Below, in pieces: positions 51,880-64,000 of a DNA stretch of 64,000 nucleotides. Every line of letters starts with the position of its first letter. Within the stretch, counting starts at the first letter, position 1. The stretch comes from Antedon mediterranea. Lineage: Eukaryota; Animalia; Echinodermata. Where the stretch lies: the NCBI RefSeq assembly GCF_964355755.1, contig NC_092675.1, positions 14,728,912-14,792,911 of the forward strand, given 5' to 3'. Under the pieces are notes generated by a model. It ran no database searches. It saw only the letters and a program-made list of their open reading frames with translations, and had not been told where the DNA came from. The position numbers and the translations under genes were made by a program.

Positions 51880-54338
51880 GTAAGCGTACGCCCCTATTAT
51901 ATACCCAGGGAATTTTCACACGTTGTCATTGTTACTGTATATATTCCCAAAACAAGTACTGTACGAAATAGAAGCTACCTCGCCCGATGCATTCGTTGTC
52001 ATTAACGGAGATTTTAATCGCGGATCATTGAAGAAGACAAGTGAGTACTACTACCAACACGTTACATGTCCTACCCGCGAAACAATTATATTAGACATTT
52101 GCTACACAAACGTGAAAAACGCATATGTTTCAACCCAGTGGCCGTGCTTGGGAGATCATTTTTTAATCGTACTAAACCCGAAATACATTCCATTATTTAA
52201 ACGAGAAAAGCCAAGGACTAGTAGTAAAGAAATGGACAGCGGAAGCAACGGAACGCCTACAAGATGCATTTGATGATACGGACTGAGAGATGTTTATTAA
52301 TGACGCTAATGATCTGAATGAAATTACGGACACAGTGTCTGAATATATAAACTTTTGTAGTGATATGCTTATCCCAACTAAAAAGGTTAAAGTGTCTGCG
52401 AATAATAAACCGTGGATAACCAAAGATGTGAAAATTATTATTAACCGGAAACAGAAAGCATTTTCTGAAGGTAATAAAGCGAAATTAAAAGAGGTCAAAA
52501 AAGAATTAAAATGTGCAATACGTGAAGAAAAATACAAGTTTAAAAATAAAGTTGAAAAGAAGTTCACGGAAAATAACATGAAAGAGGTGTGGCAAGGGAT
52601 GAGGTTAATGAGTGGCCATTATACAAATAATATACAAAAATCCGTATCGCTACCAAAAATTGACAAAGAATATGCAAATGAATTAAATATATTTTTCAAT
52701 CGTTTTAACAAATATGATTTTTCAAAAGAAATTAAGGAACGGAAGTGTCAGCTTGAATCAAATATAAATGACATAAAAATTGATTGATACAAATGAGGGT
52801 GAAGTATATAAGTATTTTAGAAATTTGAATGCTAAGAAAGCTCCCGGGCCCGGGCCCAAATATTTTTAAATCATGTGCAATGCAGTTGTCGTATATTTTC
52901 TCAATTATCTTTAATTTGTGTTTCACAACTAGTTCACTTCCAGAAACATGGAAACAATCATCTATTGTTCCTATTCCAAAAGGTCGTGTTATTAAGTATA
53001 TGAATGATCTCAGGCCAGTGGCCTTAACATCAGTTGTAGGTAAAATATCTGAGAAAATTGTTTTAAAATGCTTAAAACCAATAGTCACTATTATACGTAT
53101 ACTGATCCCATGAAATTTGCATACAGAAGTGCTCGGAGCACAGAAGATGTGATTGTAGTTAAACTTGAAAGGCTGTATCGTCACTTTAGATAAAACAAAG
53201 GTTGGAAATTCAGTCCGTGTTATGTATTACGATTTCTCCTCTGCGTTTAACACCATTCAACCCCACTTACTGGTAGATAAGCTGTGTAAGATGGCCATTC
53301 CCTTTAATATGATTCTATTTATTCTGAATTTTCTAACAGAAAGCAGTATGTGAAGCTTTGCCCAACAGTATGTTCTGATGTTAGTGTTTCCAATACAGGC
53401 GCGCCACAAGGCATTGTATTATGCCCTTTTTTGTTTACCTTGTACACAAGTGATTATAGATCTAAATATGATTATTGCCCAGTTGTACGATTTGTTGACG
53501 ATACGGCGATGATTGGCTTGATTGAGAAGGACGATTGCACTTCATATTTAAATGAGATAAAAAAAATTGTAAAATATAGTAATGATAACTTTTTAGAATT
53601 GAATGTTGAAAACACAAAGGAAATGATTATAGATTTTAGAAAGAAAACGAATAAATGTGATCTAGTTAACATAATGGGTAGACAAATTCAGATGGTGGAA
53701 ACATATAAATATCTGGGGGTTGTATTTAACAATAAATTGACGTGGAATAACCACTTGGATCTCGTTATGAAGAAAGTAAATACTAGAATGTACTGTTTAA
53801 GACAACTAAACAAGTTTAGTGTAAATAATAATATTTTGATTACATTCTATCAGTCTATTATTGTTGGGGTTTGGAAATATTGTATTGCAGGGTGGGGTGG
53901 AAATTTTACAGAGGGAGATAAGGGTGTAATTGATCATGTGGTAAGAAGGGTTGAGAGGATGTCTGGTTTGTGTCAGCAGTCAATGGATTCAGTTTATTGT
54001 GAGAACCTGGACAGGCTTTTTGGGATTGTGTTCAGGGATGAAAGTCATCCTTTGAATTCCGATTTAGGCAGTCTCAGGAGTGCTCGCAGTGGAAGATTGC
54101 GATCCGCGGCTGCTGACACAAACCGATATCTTTTCTCCTTTCTGCCCACAGGTATCAGGAGACATCAGCGGAATTCATCCAGATGAGCACCATGAAATAA
54201 TATGTTATTGTTGTGAGTTTTTAAAATTGGTATTGTTTCGTGTCGTTTTAAATATTGTAATTAGGATGTATTTTAAGACGAGCAATGTAATTTTCTCCTT
54301 GTGGGAACGAATAAAGATTATACTTGATACTTGATACT
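51880..54338 (+). mobile_element. Rex1/Babar LINE remnant (endonuclease + RT), frameshifted
   Basis: YIPREF, GDFN, NNKPWIT, NDLRPVALTS, DFSSAFNTIQPH, GAPQG, FVDD, YKYLG. Tail is AATAAA + (TACTTGA)n. Confidence 0.9.
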
Positions 54339-54764
54339 GAATCAGATGAAAAAGTTTGAAAACTATTGCAATTTGTTTTCGGTTACCCCTTTTTTTCATA
54401 GATTGCCTGGACTACCGTTTTAGGCTGTATTCACCAGCAGTCTACTTAACAAAGAGCTTTTTTTAATCCTCATCATGATATCTTTTTTTTTAAAGAATAA
54501 TGTGACAGATTGAAAAGGCGTCTGGTACCATAACGTTTATAACCGTGCTGATCTGTCTCCTCACTAGTCAATAATCACATAGTTTTTCAATGCAAAAACA
54601 ATTGGTTGTCAGACACAATTGTTTTTGCATTGAAAAATTAGGTTTAAATATATAAATAAGTTACATAAATATAAATGCGGTACAACTATTTTCGCTACCC
54701 TATCATAATGGAATCGTCCAAATCTTCAATCGGTAAACAAAGTCTGTAGTGCAATCGTTGGTGC

Positions 54765-55450
54765 ATGAAGATGAACAACTTGAGAACGAACGACTTGCTT
54801 GATGATGAACGACTTGAGTACAAACGACATTAGAGCGAACGACTTGAAGACGAACGACTTGAGGACAAACGACTTGAAGACGAACGACTTGATGACGAAC
54901 GACTTAAAGACGAACGACTTGAATTGAGGACGAACGACTTGGGGACGAACGAATTAATGATGATTGACTTTAATGATGAACTACTTTAAGACGAACGACT
55001 TGAGAACGACCGACTTGAAGACGAACGACTTGAGGACGAACGACTTAATGATGAATGAATTAATGATGAATTACTTAATGATGAACGACTTAATGATGAA
55101 CGACTTTAAGACGAACGACTTGAAGACGAACCACTTGAGGACGAACGACTTGAAGACGAACGACTTAATGATGAATGACTTAACGATGAATAACTTGATG
55201 ACGAACGGTTTGGCTTGGTTATGAAACAAATAGCTTCATGATGATTGGTTTGGCTTCTTGGTGATGAACAATTTGACTTCATGGTGAAGGGTTTGGTTTC
55301 GCGATGAACAATCTGGCTTCACGATGAATGATTTTTCGATGAATCGTTTGACTTGACGGCGACCGATGTGACTTAGCGATGAATGGTTTGGTTTGACGAT
55401 GAATGATTTCACACATGACAATGCATGACTTGACAATGAATGATTTTACT
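54765..55450. repeat. 15-bp minisatellite (GACGAACGACTTGAA), degenerating distally
   Basis: Dozens of visible units. Confidence 0.95.
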
Positions 55451-57621
55451 TGACAATGAATTGAATGAAAAATGATTTTAAAAAATGGTGTGGCTAGAGG
55501 GTGTGAATGATGTAGGTTTACGTTAATTTTTTACATGAATGGTTTGTTTTAATGATGAATGCATAGTTGTTGAATGTTATGGATTGAGGACTTTTGGCGG
55601 ACTTGGCTTGCCATAGCAGTCTTTTGAATCGCGTCAACCAATCAAAGGGCGAGAATCCAAAATCGTTCTACCGTGAGCCCTCATAGACTCTCTTTTCCTA
55701 GACGTTTTTTGGGTCCAGCAGCTGGGACCTACACATTAGTCGCGTTTACAAATTATTGAAAATGTCAGCCTTAGATACTGTATAGCTTTCGCGATGATAA
55801 AGCTTCTTATTGATTATGTCCTCTGGAGTTTTAGCTGGCTAGAGCCGCGGCGCGAAAAACTGAAATTGGGGAGACCAGTGTCTAAAGAAGGATGATGAGC
55901 TTTCTAAATACAGTGTAAAACGCTTTAGGGCGATTTTGAGGCAGGTTTTTTCAGGGTGTACTTCAAGTGCATGCACTGTAGAATAATACTCAACATAAAA
56001 AAAAAAAAAAATCATTTGTATAGTACTTTAACTTTAATCATGAGCTCTTACCATACACATTCGTGCCTATCAAGCAATAATATTATGTGCAGATTCAATA
56101 CAAATCAACATAGTTATATATTAACATTAATAAAAAAGCATTCAATTCTTGAGAGTAGGCAACTGACTAACAATATTGAAATCAGGTAGGAAAATACCAT
56201 CAACAAAAATTGTCTATTATAGTTTATTCTTAAAATAAAGTTTGTTTACCAATGAGTATCTGGGACAAAAATACCCATTTCATTACGGTATACGGTATCA
56301 ATTCTCTTTTCTTACTAGTACAATTTTTTAATTGAATGTTACGTAAATTGATTGATCACCCAATCTACCACTATATACCAAGTGAAAAAGACATTACAAA
56401 ATAATGTGTTCACAGCAAAGGGAGAGATTTTGGACGTTTTACAATGTGATTATTTTACAGTAAACCTGGCATAGATGGAGTAGACAACTATAATAGTTGT
56501 GGCAACCATACCACTGTACTTTCCACTGTGCCAAATAGTATGTATCTATACAGAATAAATATAACATACATTTCTATTAATTACAACTATTCATTATAAA
56601 CCAATTATATTTATTCATTTTAATTATCATTGCATTGCTGGAAGAATTTGCAAACACCACTACTCATATTTGAGATTAATAAAATAAAAAAAAAATCACC
56701 AAAGTAATTAAATTTATAAATCATAATTTGGCTGCTTTAAAGCCACTAATGCCAGGAATATTATCAGCTCAAAAGTAAATACTGGACTAGGCTTAAAAAT
56801 ATAGTATTTTGCCATTTCTAAAAAAAAAATGTACTGTATAAAGATTGAATGCTGTGCAGTATTTAGTTGCCAAATACTAATATAAAACCCTAACAACTTA
56901 GCAGGAGTGTAAAAATGTTACATATCCCTGGATTAAGCTCTGTCTATACTTTATGTGAAAAAAAAAGTGTGACATTCCCAAACATGGTAGTGATATGATG
57001 TCATTGTGTCCATTATGGGCACATCACATTTGTTTTCACATAAAGTTTGTTTGCTTAAGTTAGCACACATGAAATACACCTACATATACACTTGGAACAA
57101 AGTATAAACAGGCAGGAGTTAGTAAATTTCCATTAATTCCTATTAATGCAGTGTTTCAATACATGCAAATTGATTGTGTATTGAAACAATATTGTGTAGT
57201 CAACTAATGACCTTAATCTTAACTTCTTGATCTACCTAATGCAGTACTCTAGTATGCATTTCAATCACAATCCTTTTCTATATAATTTGTTCATAGAATA
57301 TTTTCTATTGTAACGTACAATGACATTTTAAAACGGGAATATTGTTTTGAGTACTCCTTTTCCAAAAACCATAAACATCAATCATTCGCCTAAAAATTAT
57401 CATTTATACTTTTTTTTAATATACAATAAATGTATTGTAAATTTGTGTTATATCTTAAACATTTTATTACTTAATTATGAAACAAAATTTGTTTCATTTA
57501 ATTAATACTCTTGGTTAGTTTTTATATTTTAACATTTTTTGTACAGCTTAAATGTACACCGAGGCCGAGCTTCTTTTCTATCATCAAACATATGCTGCTA
57601 TAAGCGAAAATGAGTTATTAA

Positions 57622-57718
57622 AAAAAAGGTCATATACATGGCTGCAGTCGCGTGCTGAAGTTAGTGTTTACCGACCAACCGACAAAGTGAGCTGTAGAGT
57701 CGTGTTGCACATGACTAA
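57622..57718 (-). mobile_element. Short HINE-like copy downstream of the MED26 stop
   Basis: The reverse complement has TTAGTC..CGACTCTA, GTCGGTTGGTCGG and CGCGACT, as at 38793-38908. Confidence 0.55.
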
Positions 57719-58574
57719 TTATGACCATTATGTTGTATTGTGTGTGTGCATTGAAAAATACATGCATCTACTACAATAATACAATTTAGTATTGGCAAAA
57801 CAGATTTAGTTTGTGAGCATGAATATAATAGTTGCAGGTAATAAATGTTCTTTACTTGATCTGGCTGTAAACAAGGTATTAATGTATCCAATTCAAAGGT
57901 ATTTGTCAAAATGTATTATCACCTATTACCTATGAACAAACCCCAAAATTCATTACTCCATCAATTGACACCATCAATACCTCCTATATTACCATATTCT
58001 TCACTACCCAGGCTACCGTAGTAAAAGTAGTCATTATTATAATACTCATTCAGTTAAAACATGGCGAAGAAATAGTACAATATTGGAAGGTTTGCTCACA
58101 AAAAAACATGCACTTCTTTTTCAAGTTTATGGTATGATACACATTGACAGTGAATAAGAAACAATTGCTATAATTTTACACTCAAAGTTCATTCACTCAA
58201 TCATCAAATATTTTTCAACATAAAATGACACAAATAAATGTTGGTTATTTGGTCATAAGTTTATTATGTGTTATCAATTTCACTACAAGTAAAAATGTGC
58301 AAATACATTGTTTAGACATGTAAAAGAGTGACATGTAGCATTTATTATCGTTGTCTCACTTTAGGAATATTTTTAATTTCTTTGAAACTAAGGTCTTCTC
58401 AATACTTCAATTTACAGTATACATTACTACAACTCTAAATTGAACAAATACATAATGTCAACTCAAATTAAAATTGTTTTATCACGGTAGTTTCAAACTA
58501 ACAGAATAGCTCCAACATTAAATGTTGTCAAAAATAAAATACTTTAAGTTAAACCTGTAACAAAATAAAAAGAA

Positions 58575-59999
58575 TTATTCTAAGCAAACATACGGTAATA
58601 TATGTAAAGCATTGTCATCGTTACTATTTACGGATATCGAGTAACTGTCGGACCAGCTACGCCAATTGTGGTCGGAATCATAACAACCATTTACACCTGC
58701 CCATTCAGTTGTATGTATGCGGTCAATTTCACCTTCAGTTACTATGTGAACAGGCTCATCATACATATCAATCGTCTTTATTACAGCATCTTCTGTGTTC
58801 ATTGAACAAGATGATATTGATGTTTCTACATTTGATTCTAAAAATGAATTAGTTCTTAGTACATTTACATGGCAATCATTATTGAAAACAATTTGACTGT
58901 AAGAATCTAGCTCTTCAGCAGGTTGTTTTGTGGACAATAATGTACTTTTATCAAAGCAATCTTGATTATTTTTACAAATTGTTGCATCAATTAAAACATT
59001 ATCATTAAATAGTGATGGTGCATGTAGTAGTCCTTCATCGTTTTTAAAAGATCCAACAGTACTATCATTATCATCATCAAATATTGATACACTTTTTCCA
59101 CTATTATCTTCTTTATCAAATATTGATGTGGTTTTTACTTCCAGTTCCTCATCAAATATTGATTGAGATGGAACAATGGGCAAAGATGTCTTTTTGTGTT
59201 TTTGTTTATGAAGTGATTCAGATAGCGCAGGTGAAACTGCATTACACCCTTTCCCATATTTATTACTTCTTGGTGATGAACTGGATTTGGGTGATTTTTT
59301 TGATCTATTAAGAGAAGGGCTTCTTTCTGATTTTGATAAACTAGGTGACGATTTACTACATTCTAAACGTCCTAATGAATTACTTGATTGAACTCTTGGT
59401 ATTTTTTTGGCATTTTCTAAAGAACTAATGCTTGGTGATAGCGTTCTGTGTGAAGTATGGGGCGAGATTTTGGAGACAGATGTTGATGCACTGGAGACAG
59501 ATGTTGATGGACTGGAAACAGTCTTTGCTTGTTTTAATAGCTTTTGATTTGGTGGTACTTGTTTGTGTTTGATTTCACTAGTCTTTGCTTTTGCAACTGG
59601 TCTATTCGAGTCTGTTGGAATACCATTTGATGAGTCATAGACTTGAGTCGTTTTAACATGTTTTGCCGAGGTTTGACTATCTCTTGGGGATAACAAATCA
59701 ATTTTCCTCTTTTTGCGATTGGCAGGATTTGTTTTATCAATGCTAACTTGTGTGGGAGCACCTCCCTGTACAGAGCACACTGCATCTGATGAGTTGGGTT
59801 TTGAAGTGGCAGCGTTGACTGCCAATGTAGAACTAGAGGGAGTTCTTTGGTTTACCTGTGGAGAATTACTACTGCTACCATTGGAATTCTTTAAATGTTG
59901 TTTCTGCCACTGACGAACTAGTTTACGGCATCTGTTTGTAAGTTCTCGGTCAGTGGATTTCTTCCGAATGTCATTTACAAGTTTTCCTAATCTAGTTTC
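58575..59999 (-). CDS. MED26: Mediator subunit 26, last coding exon
   Basis: After a CAG acceptor: ETRLGKLVNDIRKKS..CRKLVRQWQ (TFIIS-N/Med26 N domain), a Ser-rich disordered middle, and C-terminal GVNGCYD..NW..W...LHILPYVCLE*, matching the conserved MED26 C-terminus. 1425 bp, in frame with ORF 58575..59825. Confidence 0.93.
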   Translation of the reverse strand, partial: ETRLGKLVNDIRKKSTDRELTNRCRKLVRQWQKQHLKNSNGSSSNSPQVNQRTPSSSTLAVNAATSKPNSSDAVCSVQGGAPTQVSIDKTNPANRKKRKIDLLSPRDSQTSAKHVKTTQVYDSSNGIPTDSNRPVAKAKTSEIKHKQVPPNQKLLKQAKTVSSPSTSVSSASTSVSKISPHTSHRTLSPSISSLENAKKIPRVQSSNSLGRLECSKSSPSLSKSERSPSLNRSKKSPKSSSSPRSNKYGKGCNAVSPALSESLHKQKHKKTSLPIVPSQSIFDEELEVKTTSIFDKEDNSGKSVSIFDDDNDSTVGSFKNDEGLLHAPSLFNDNVLIDATICKNNQDCFDKSTLLSTKQPAEELDSYSQIVFNNDCHVNVLRTNSFLESNVETSISSCSMNTEDAVIKTIDMYDEPVHIVTEGEIDRIHTTEWAGVNGCYDSDHNWRSWSDSYSISVNSNDDNALHILPYVCLE

Positions 60000-60210
60000 C
60001 TGGGGGGAGAAAAAAAGTATTCTTTAAAACAGGTATTGAATTGAAATACATCAAATTATAAGCAATTTAGTTAAATCCATTTAATTATATAGGTTAACAT
60101 ATACTCCAATATTTTTACAGTGTTAATGCGCTTCAAAGGATTTCATTTGTTTGTTAAACAATTCATAACAAACTTTATTAAAAATTGAATTATTACTTCT
60201 TAGCACTTAC

Positions 60211-60285
60211 TTCAAGTGATTCTTTGGGAATGAAGGTTCTCTCAAGCAGATGAATGGCCTCCAGCACATGTCCCATGTCAACCAC
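60211..60285 (-). CDS. MED26: MED26 internal coding exon (75 bp, phase 0)
   Basis: TAG|GTG..GAA|GTAAGT encodes VVDMGHVLEAIHLLERTFIPKESLE, which splices in frame to ETRLG. Confidence 0.88.
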
Positions 60286-61074
60286 CTACAAAATAGTGTA
60301 AAAATTACTATAGTATACACTTATAGTAGATTGTGGGTCACATGACATTACTATGTACTATAGTGGCACTTTCGAGTGCGGTGTTATATAATCTTTAGTA
60401 CAGCAATTTCATTTTGCAGGCCCATTTTTGTTACACAGCAAGACTCAAGAGAGCAACCACACGCAACAAGAGCTAGGCTGATCATGTATGATTAGCCGTT
60501 AGTGTACGTTGTCTGTAATTGTTCTACTACTCCACGTCCAAAATTGGAGCTCTGCCTTTTCAAATTGTTTAGGCCTTAGCCTAGCCTCCCGTTGAAAGTG
60601 TGTGTGTATAAAACAAATATTAATAATGTGTGTGTTATAAACAAATAATGAATGTATTATATTCCTACAATGGTACAAATAATTTCAAGCGGTGAAAGAT
60701 GAAATTTGTTATTCATTCATTTTATTGTTCCACATAAAATAAGTAAAAGATATGACAAAGACAAAGAAAATAACCTGGTTAATTATTTGTTTATGTGTGG
60801 AAACTCAAACAAGCCAAAAAGGGCTTTAAGGCCGAGTATTCCAAAATACATCACATTGTACATGGTAACGTATAATTGCTTTCTAAAAAAAAAGAACAAA
60901 AAAGCCAAACAGAATTGAATATCAATAGAAAGGAAAAGTAAGATATAAATTCCATAGGTGCAAACTTATTAACTATCTAAAGAAAGTAAGGTCAGTGATA
61001 ATTTAATGTTTAAAGTTAAATTATTCCATAAAAATGGTCCGTTAAAAATGAAAGAATTTTTCCTGAGTGTACTT

Positions 61075-61760
61075 TTCATCAATAAAATTTGTTTTACAAA
61101 TATATAAAAATGTTTAACAATATAAAAGGTAAAAAATTACAAAACAAGAAGAGAACGCCACAAAACATGAGTAAAAATAAATAAACGTATTGTAAATCGT
61201 CCATTACATTTAAAATTTTTGTTAAAAAGTTGAATGACTTGTGGAAGGAAGGAGAAAAGGTACCGGTTGGTACAAGAGGTCGGTGTCCGAAAGCGCCCAC
61301 TGCGGACTATGTAGTGGGAGTTGAGTTTATTGAAAAGAGGGTGACTGGAGTCATTTAAAAGAGATTGAAATATTCTGGATATGTTACTGTAGTTTTACTC
61401 TTTTAAGCCTCGCACACCGACCTCTGGCAACAACCAACTATCCGCTCAACCTTCCTAACACCACCAATAATTCTGTTAATATCTGTTTTATTTTTCATTC
61501 CCGGCCCAACAAGAAATACGGTATTTCCAGACTCCGCATATGGCTGTAATATAAATGATAGTAATGATTTTAACATCAACATTGAAAGAAGACATTTTCC
61601 TCGGACAATAAAGAGTAGACGGAAATTAACCTTTCATGATACAGTGAATATGGTCGTACCATTAAAAGTAACACCTAGATATTTAAATTTATTAACTTGT
61701 TCAACCTCTATCATCTATTATAATAGGACAGTGGATCGGAAATCAACGATGATCTCTCGG
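61075..61760 (-). pseudogene. Old Rex/Babar LINE 3' fragment in the MED26 upstream intron
   Basis: Manual translation IIVDFR, VEQVNKFKYLGV, DSSHPLF, RSGRFR..TNRYLFSFLP parallels 53600-54186. Confidence 0.75.
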
Positions 61761-64000
61761 TACAATATGAAATAGACAGTAAATTAACAGAGTATGAAAC
61801 ATTTGTATTGACTTGTCTTCAGTCTTCTGTGTTACTGTAAGCTTTCGAAACACAAGCTACAATACAAGGGTCCGCCTTCTACAGTACAAGGCCTAGACTG
61901 CAGACTCTGTACACGTGGGTGTTTTAATAGGTTATGCGTCTAGGTCTTAAGTTAGCAAAGTTTAATACAATGAATTAAAAACACTTAATCAAAATAAAAG
62001 GAATTATGAGGATGCTTACAAAGTCAGCCGTACAACCAGTGTTGCCAGCGATAAAATTTAAATTATGCCGTATCCTGTCTCAAATAATGCCAGATTGGGA
62101 AAAATAATGCCAGATCCCCAAAATGTGGTCCTAAACAGCGCCACCAACGGTTGAATGTCTAATAAACGTTTGTAAAACCCCAACTGACACAAAATAGGGC
62201 CTAAATTGTATCCCTATGTCGTTCAAAAATTGTATTTTTAGTTTTGTGAGTAATACTAATAACTAATAAATCAAAAAATATCTGGGGTGCGAAAATGGTA
62301 ATTGCAAATGACACAAACACCAACCCACGAACCCTTCTCCACCCCCCCCCCCCACCCCCACCCCCCAAAAAAAACCTGTTACAGCCATGGAAATTTAGAA
62401 TTTTTGAGCTGAATATGAGAGCTGCTCGATATTTGCACTTAATTTCAAATATGAAAGGATCTTAGCCCACGTCACCATAATTATAATAATTGTTTGATTT
62501 ATTAGGTGTTTGATTGAATTATAATGAAATAATAATCATTCAACATCATCATTCAATTTTTAATCATTCTTGCATATCCATTACTTGAAAGAAAGTAAAT
62601 AAATAGATAAATATTAGTAGGCCTACACCTGACGTTTTTAATACAATAAGTAATGAATAGTAATAGACACTTTTTGTGTTCCATACTTTGTTGGGCAGAG
62701 TTGACGTGAGGCCGAGTTGACAACAGGCCGAGACTTCACCGGCTATTATTCAATCTCCCTTGCCAAAGGGAATGTTAAATCGACCAAATACAGTTGTGCT
62801 AATAAAAGGAATTGTGTTTAATATATCTTTTGTATAGATTGCCGCCTCCTTCCGTGTACTATCCTGATGCGAAAGCTCACTAAAATTAACTTTAATAGAG
62901 TAGTTAATGGATACTGTAGGATGTTTTAGTTTGACCAGTATATCGACAAAGTACATTGTTCATTTAAATTGTTAATGCCGCAAGGGCCAAAACTGCAAAT
63001 TGTGAACTGGATGCAAGGCGGTATGAACCAATTTTTATCCGCTTATGCAGCATATGTAACAGACAAATATTTTCATTTGGTTAGCAGTACTGTAGTAATG
63101 TTATGGTTAGCATCTACAATGAAACAGGGATTTGTTATTATTCTTGCATACAGTACCACAATATCTTTCTTCGTCTGATCACATACTTTTTTTAAAGACA
63201 GCACATTTTATTTTGAACTATGAAGATGTAATTTTTAAACCATTAGATTGGTCATTATTGACAAATTAAATAGTTTTTTAAAACAATTTTTAGTATTTAT
63301 TTTTAACTCCTTTTCCTGTAAAATTGAATCTAGTTTATAAAACTAAAGCACTTGACGACAGTTTTCACGTCTTTTACCTGGTTAATGTTGCAAAAAGAGT
63401 AATCGGCAATAATCTATAAAGCTCATTGGCCAATGGTGACTCTGCGAATGTGCGCTTTTTCTCGCGAACGAAATTACGCCGATGAATACGCATAAATCCA
63501 TGTAATTAATCTCTGGCTAAATAAAGGTAGTGCAATGAGTAAAAATTCACTTAAGAAATACATTGCTGTAAGCTGTTTTCAAACTATTAATCAGCCCACT
63601 ATTATTATTGAGCTCAGCATCATGCTTCTCGCGATGAAGAATTTCCTGGATAGACGAGTCGAGCGAAAGACGGCGGACCATGGCTGTTGAATGAGGCGGG
63701 CGTAGCCTTAACGGATTAGTTAGGGCCTAAAATTTTGCTCGGTGGCAATTAACTTTAATGTTTTAATTACGTCTGGATATAAACAATATAACTCAGTTTT
63801 GTCATCGGCAATATTTTATACATACAGTCAATTTTGTTCTGCTTAAAAATTTAAAGTTTGACACCCTTGATTTGGCTAGCATGAAAGCATGTCTTGATCT
63901 AATTTTGTGATAATTTTGTTTTTTTAATTTGGCTAAAAAGGCGTTAGCATTTGACTGTCAAGTAAAAAAGGTACTACCTTGGCCTACACCTAAATTCAGC

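Noticed and set aside
54964-55224. TNDLK-repeat ORF (pentapeptide-like)
   Set aside because: It comes from a 15-bp minisatellite, with no gene context or splice support.
62750-63178. Short ORFs as a possible gene remnant
   Set aside because: No recognisable motif in the frames I read.
63370-63680. Candidate MED26 exon 1
   Set aside because: The donor near 63377 has an in-frame stop upstream, and the ATG near 63671 gives no MED26-like peptide. Exon 1 is probably outside the window.
1-64000. tRNA/rRNA genes or prokaryotic systems
   Set aside because: None recognised by eye. tRNAscan-SE or Infernal would be needed to exclude small RNAs.

Overview
AT-rich eukaryotic (invertebrate-like, possibly echinoderm; inference only) DNA that is almost entirely nested transposable elements. 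The one recognisable host gene is MED26 on the minus strand: a 75-bp exon and the long last exon, with exon 1 not found in the window. The elements include LINE remnants (CR1, Crack/L2, Tx1, two RTE-X, two Rex/Babar, Penelope), two Gypsy relics (one with Gmr1-like INT-RT-RH order), a solo LTR, a spliced PIF/Harbinger pseudogene pair, non-autonomous Helitrons and a HINE, and MITEs of IS3EU-, MULE-, Kolobok- and Harbinger-type. Several minisatellites and satellites are also present. Most notable: (1) a ~28-kb, five-level nest, most levels delimited by target-site duplications (TSDs); (2) tiny 18-30-bp hairpins with 7-bp TSDs that look like P-element excision footprints; (3) interlocked antisense Harbinger genes; (4) a head-to-tail Helitron junction; (5) an empty/filled site pair and a shared target motif for a MULE-like MITE. 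I found no convincing wholly novel protein-coding system. All calls are by eye, with no database searches.
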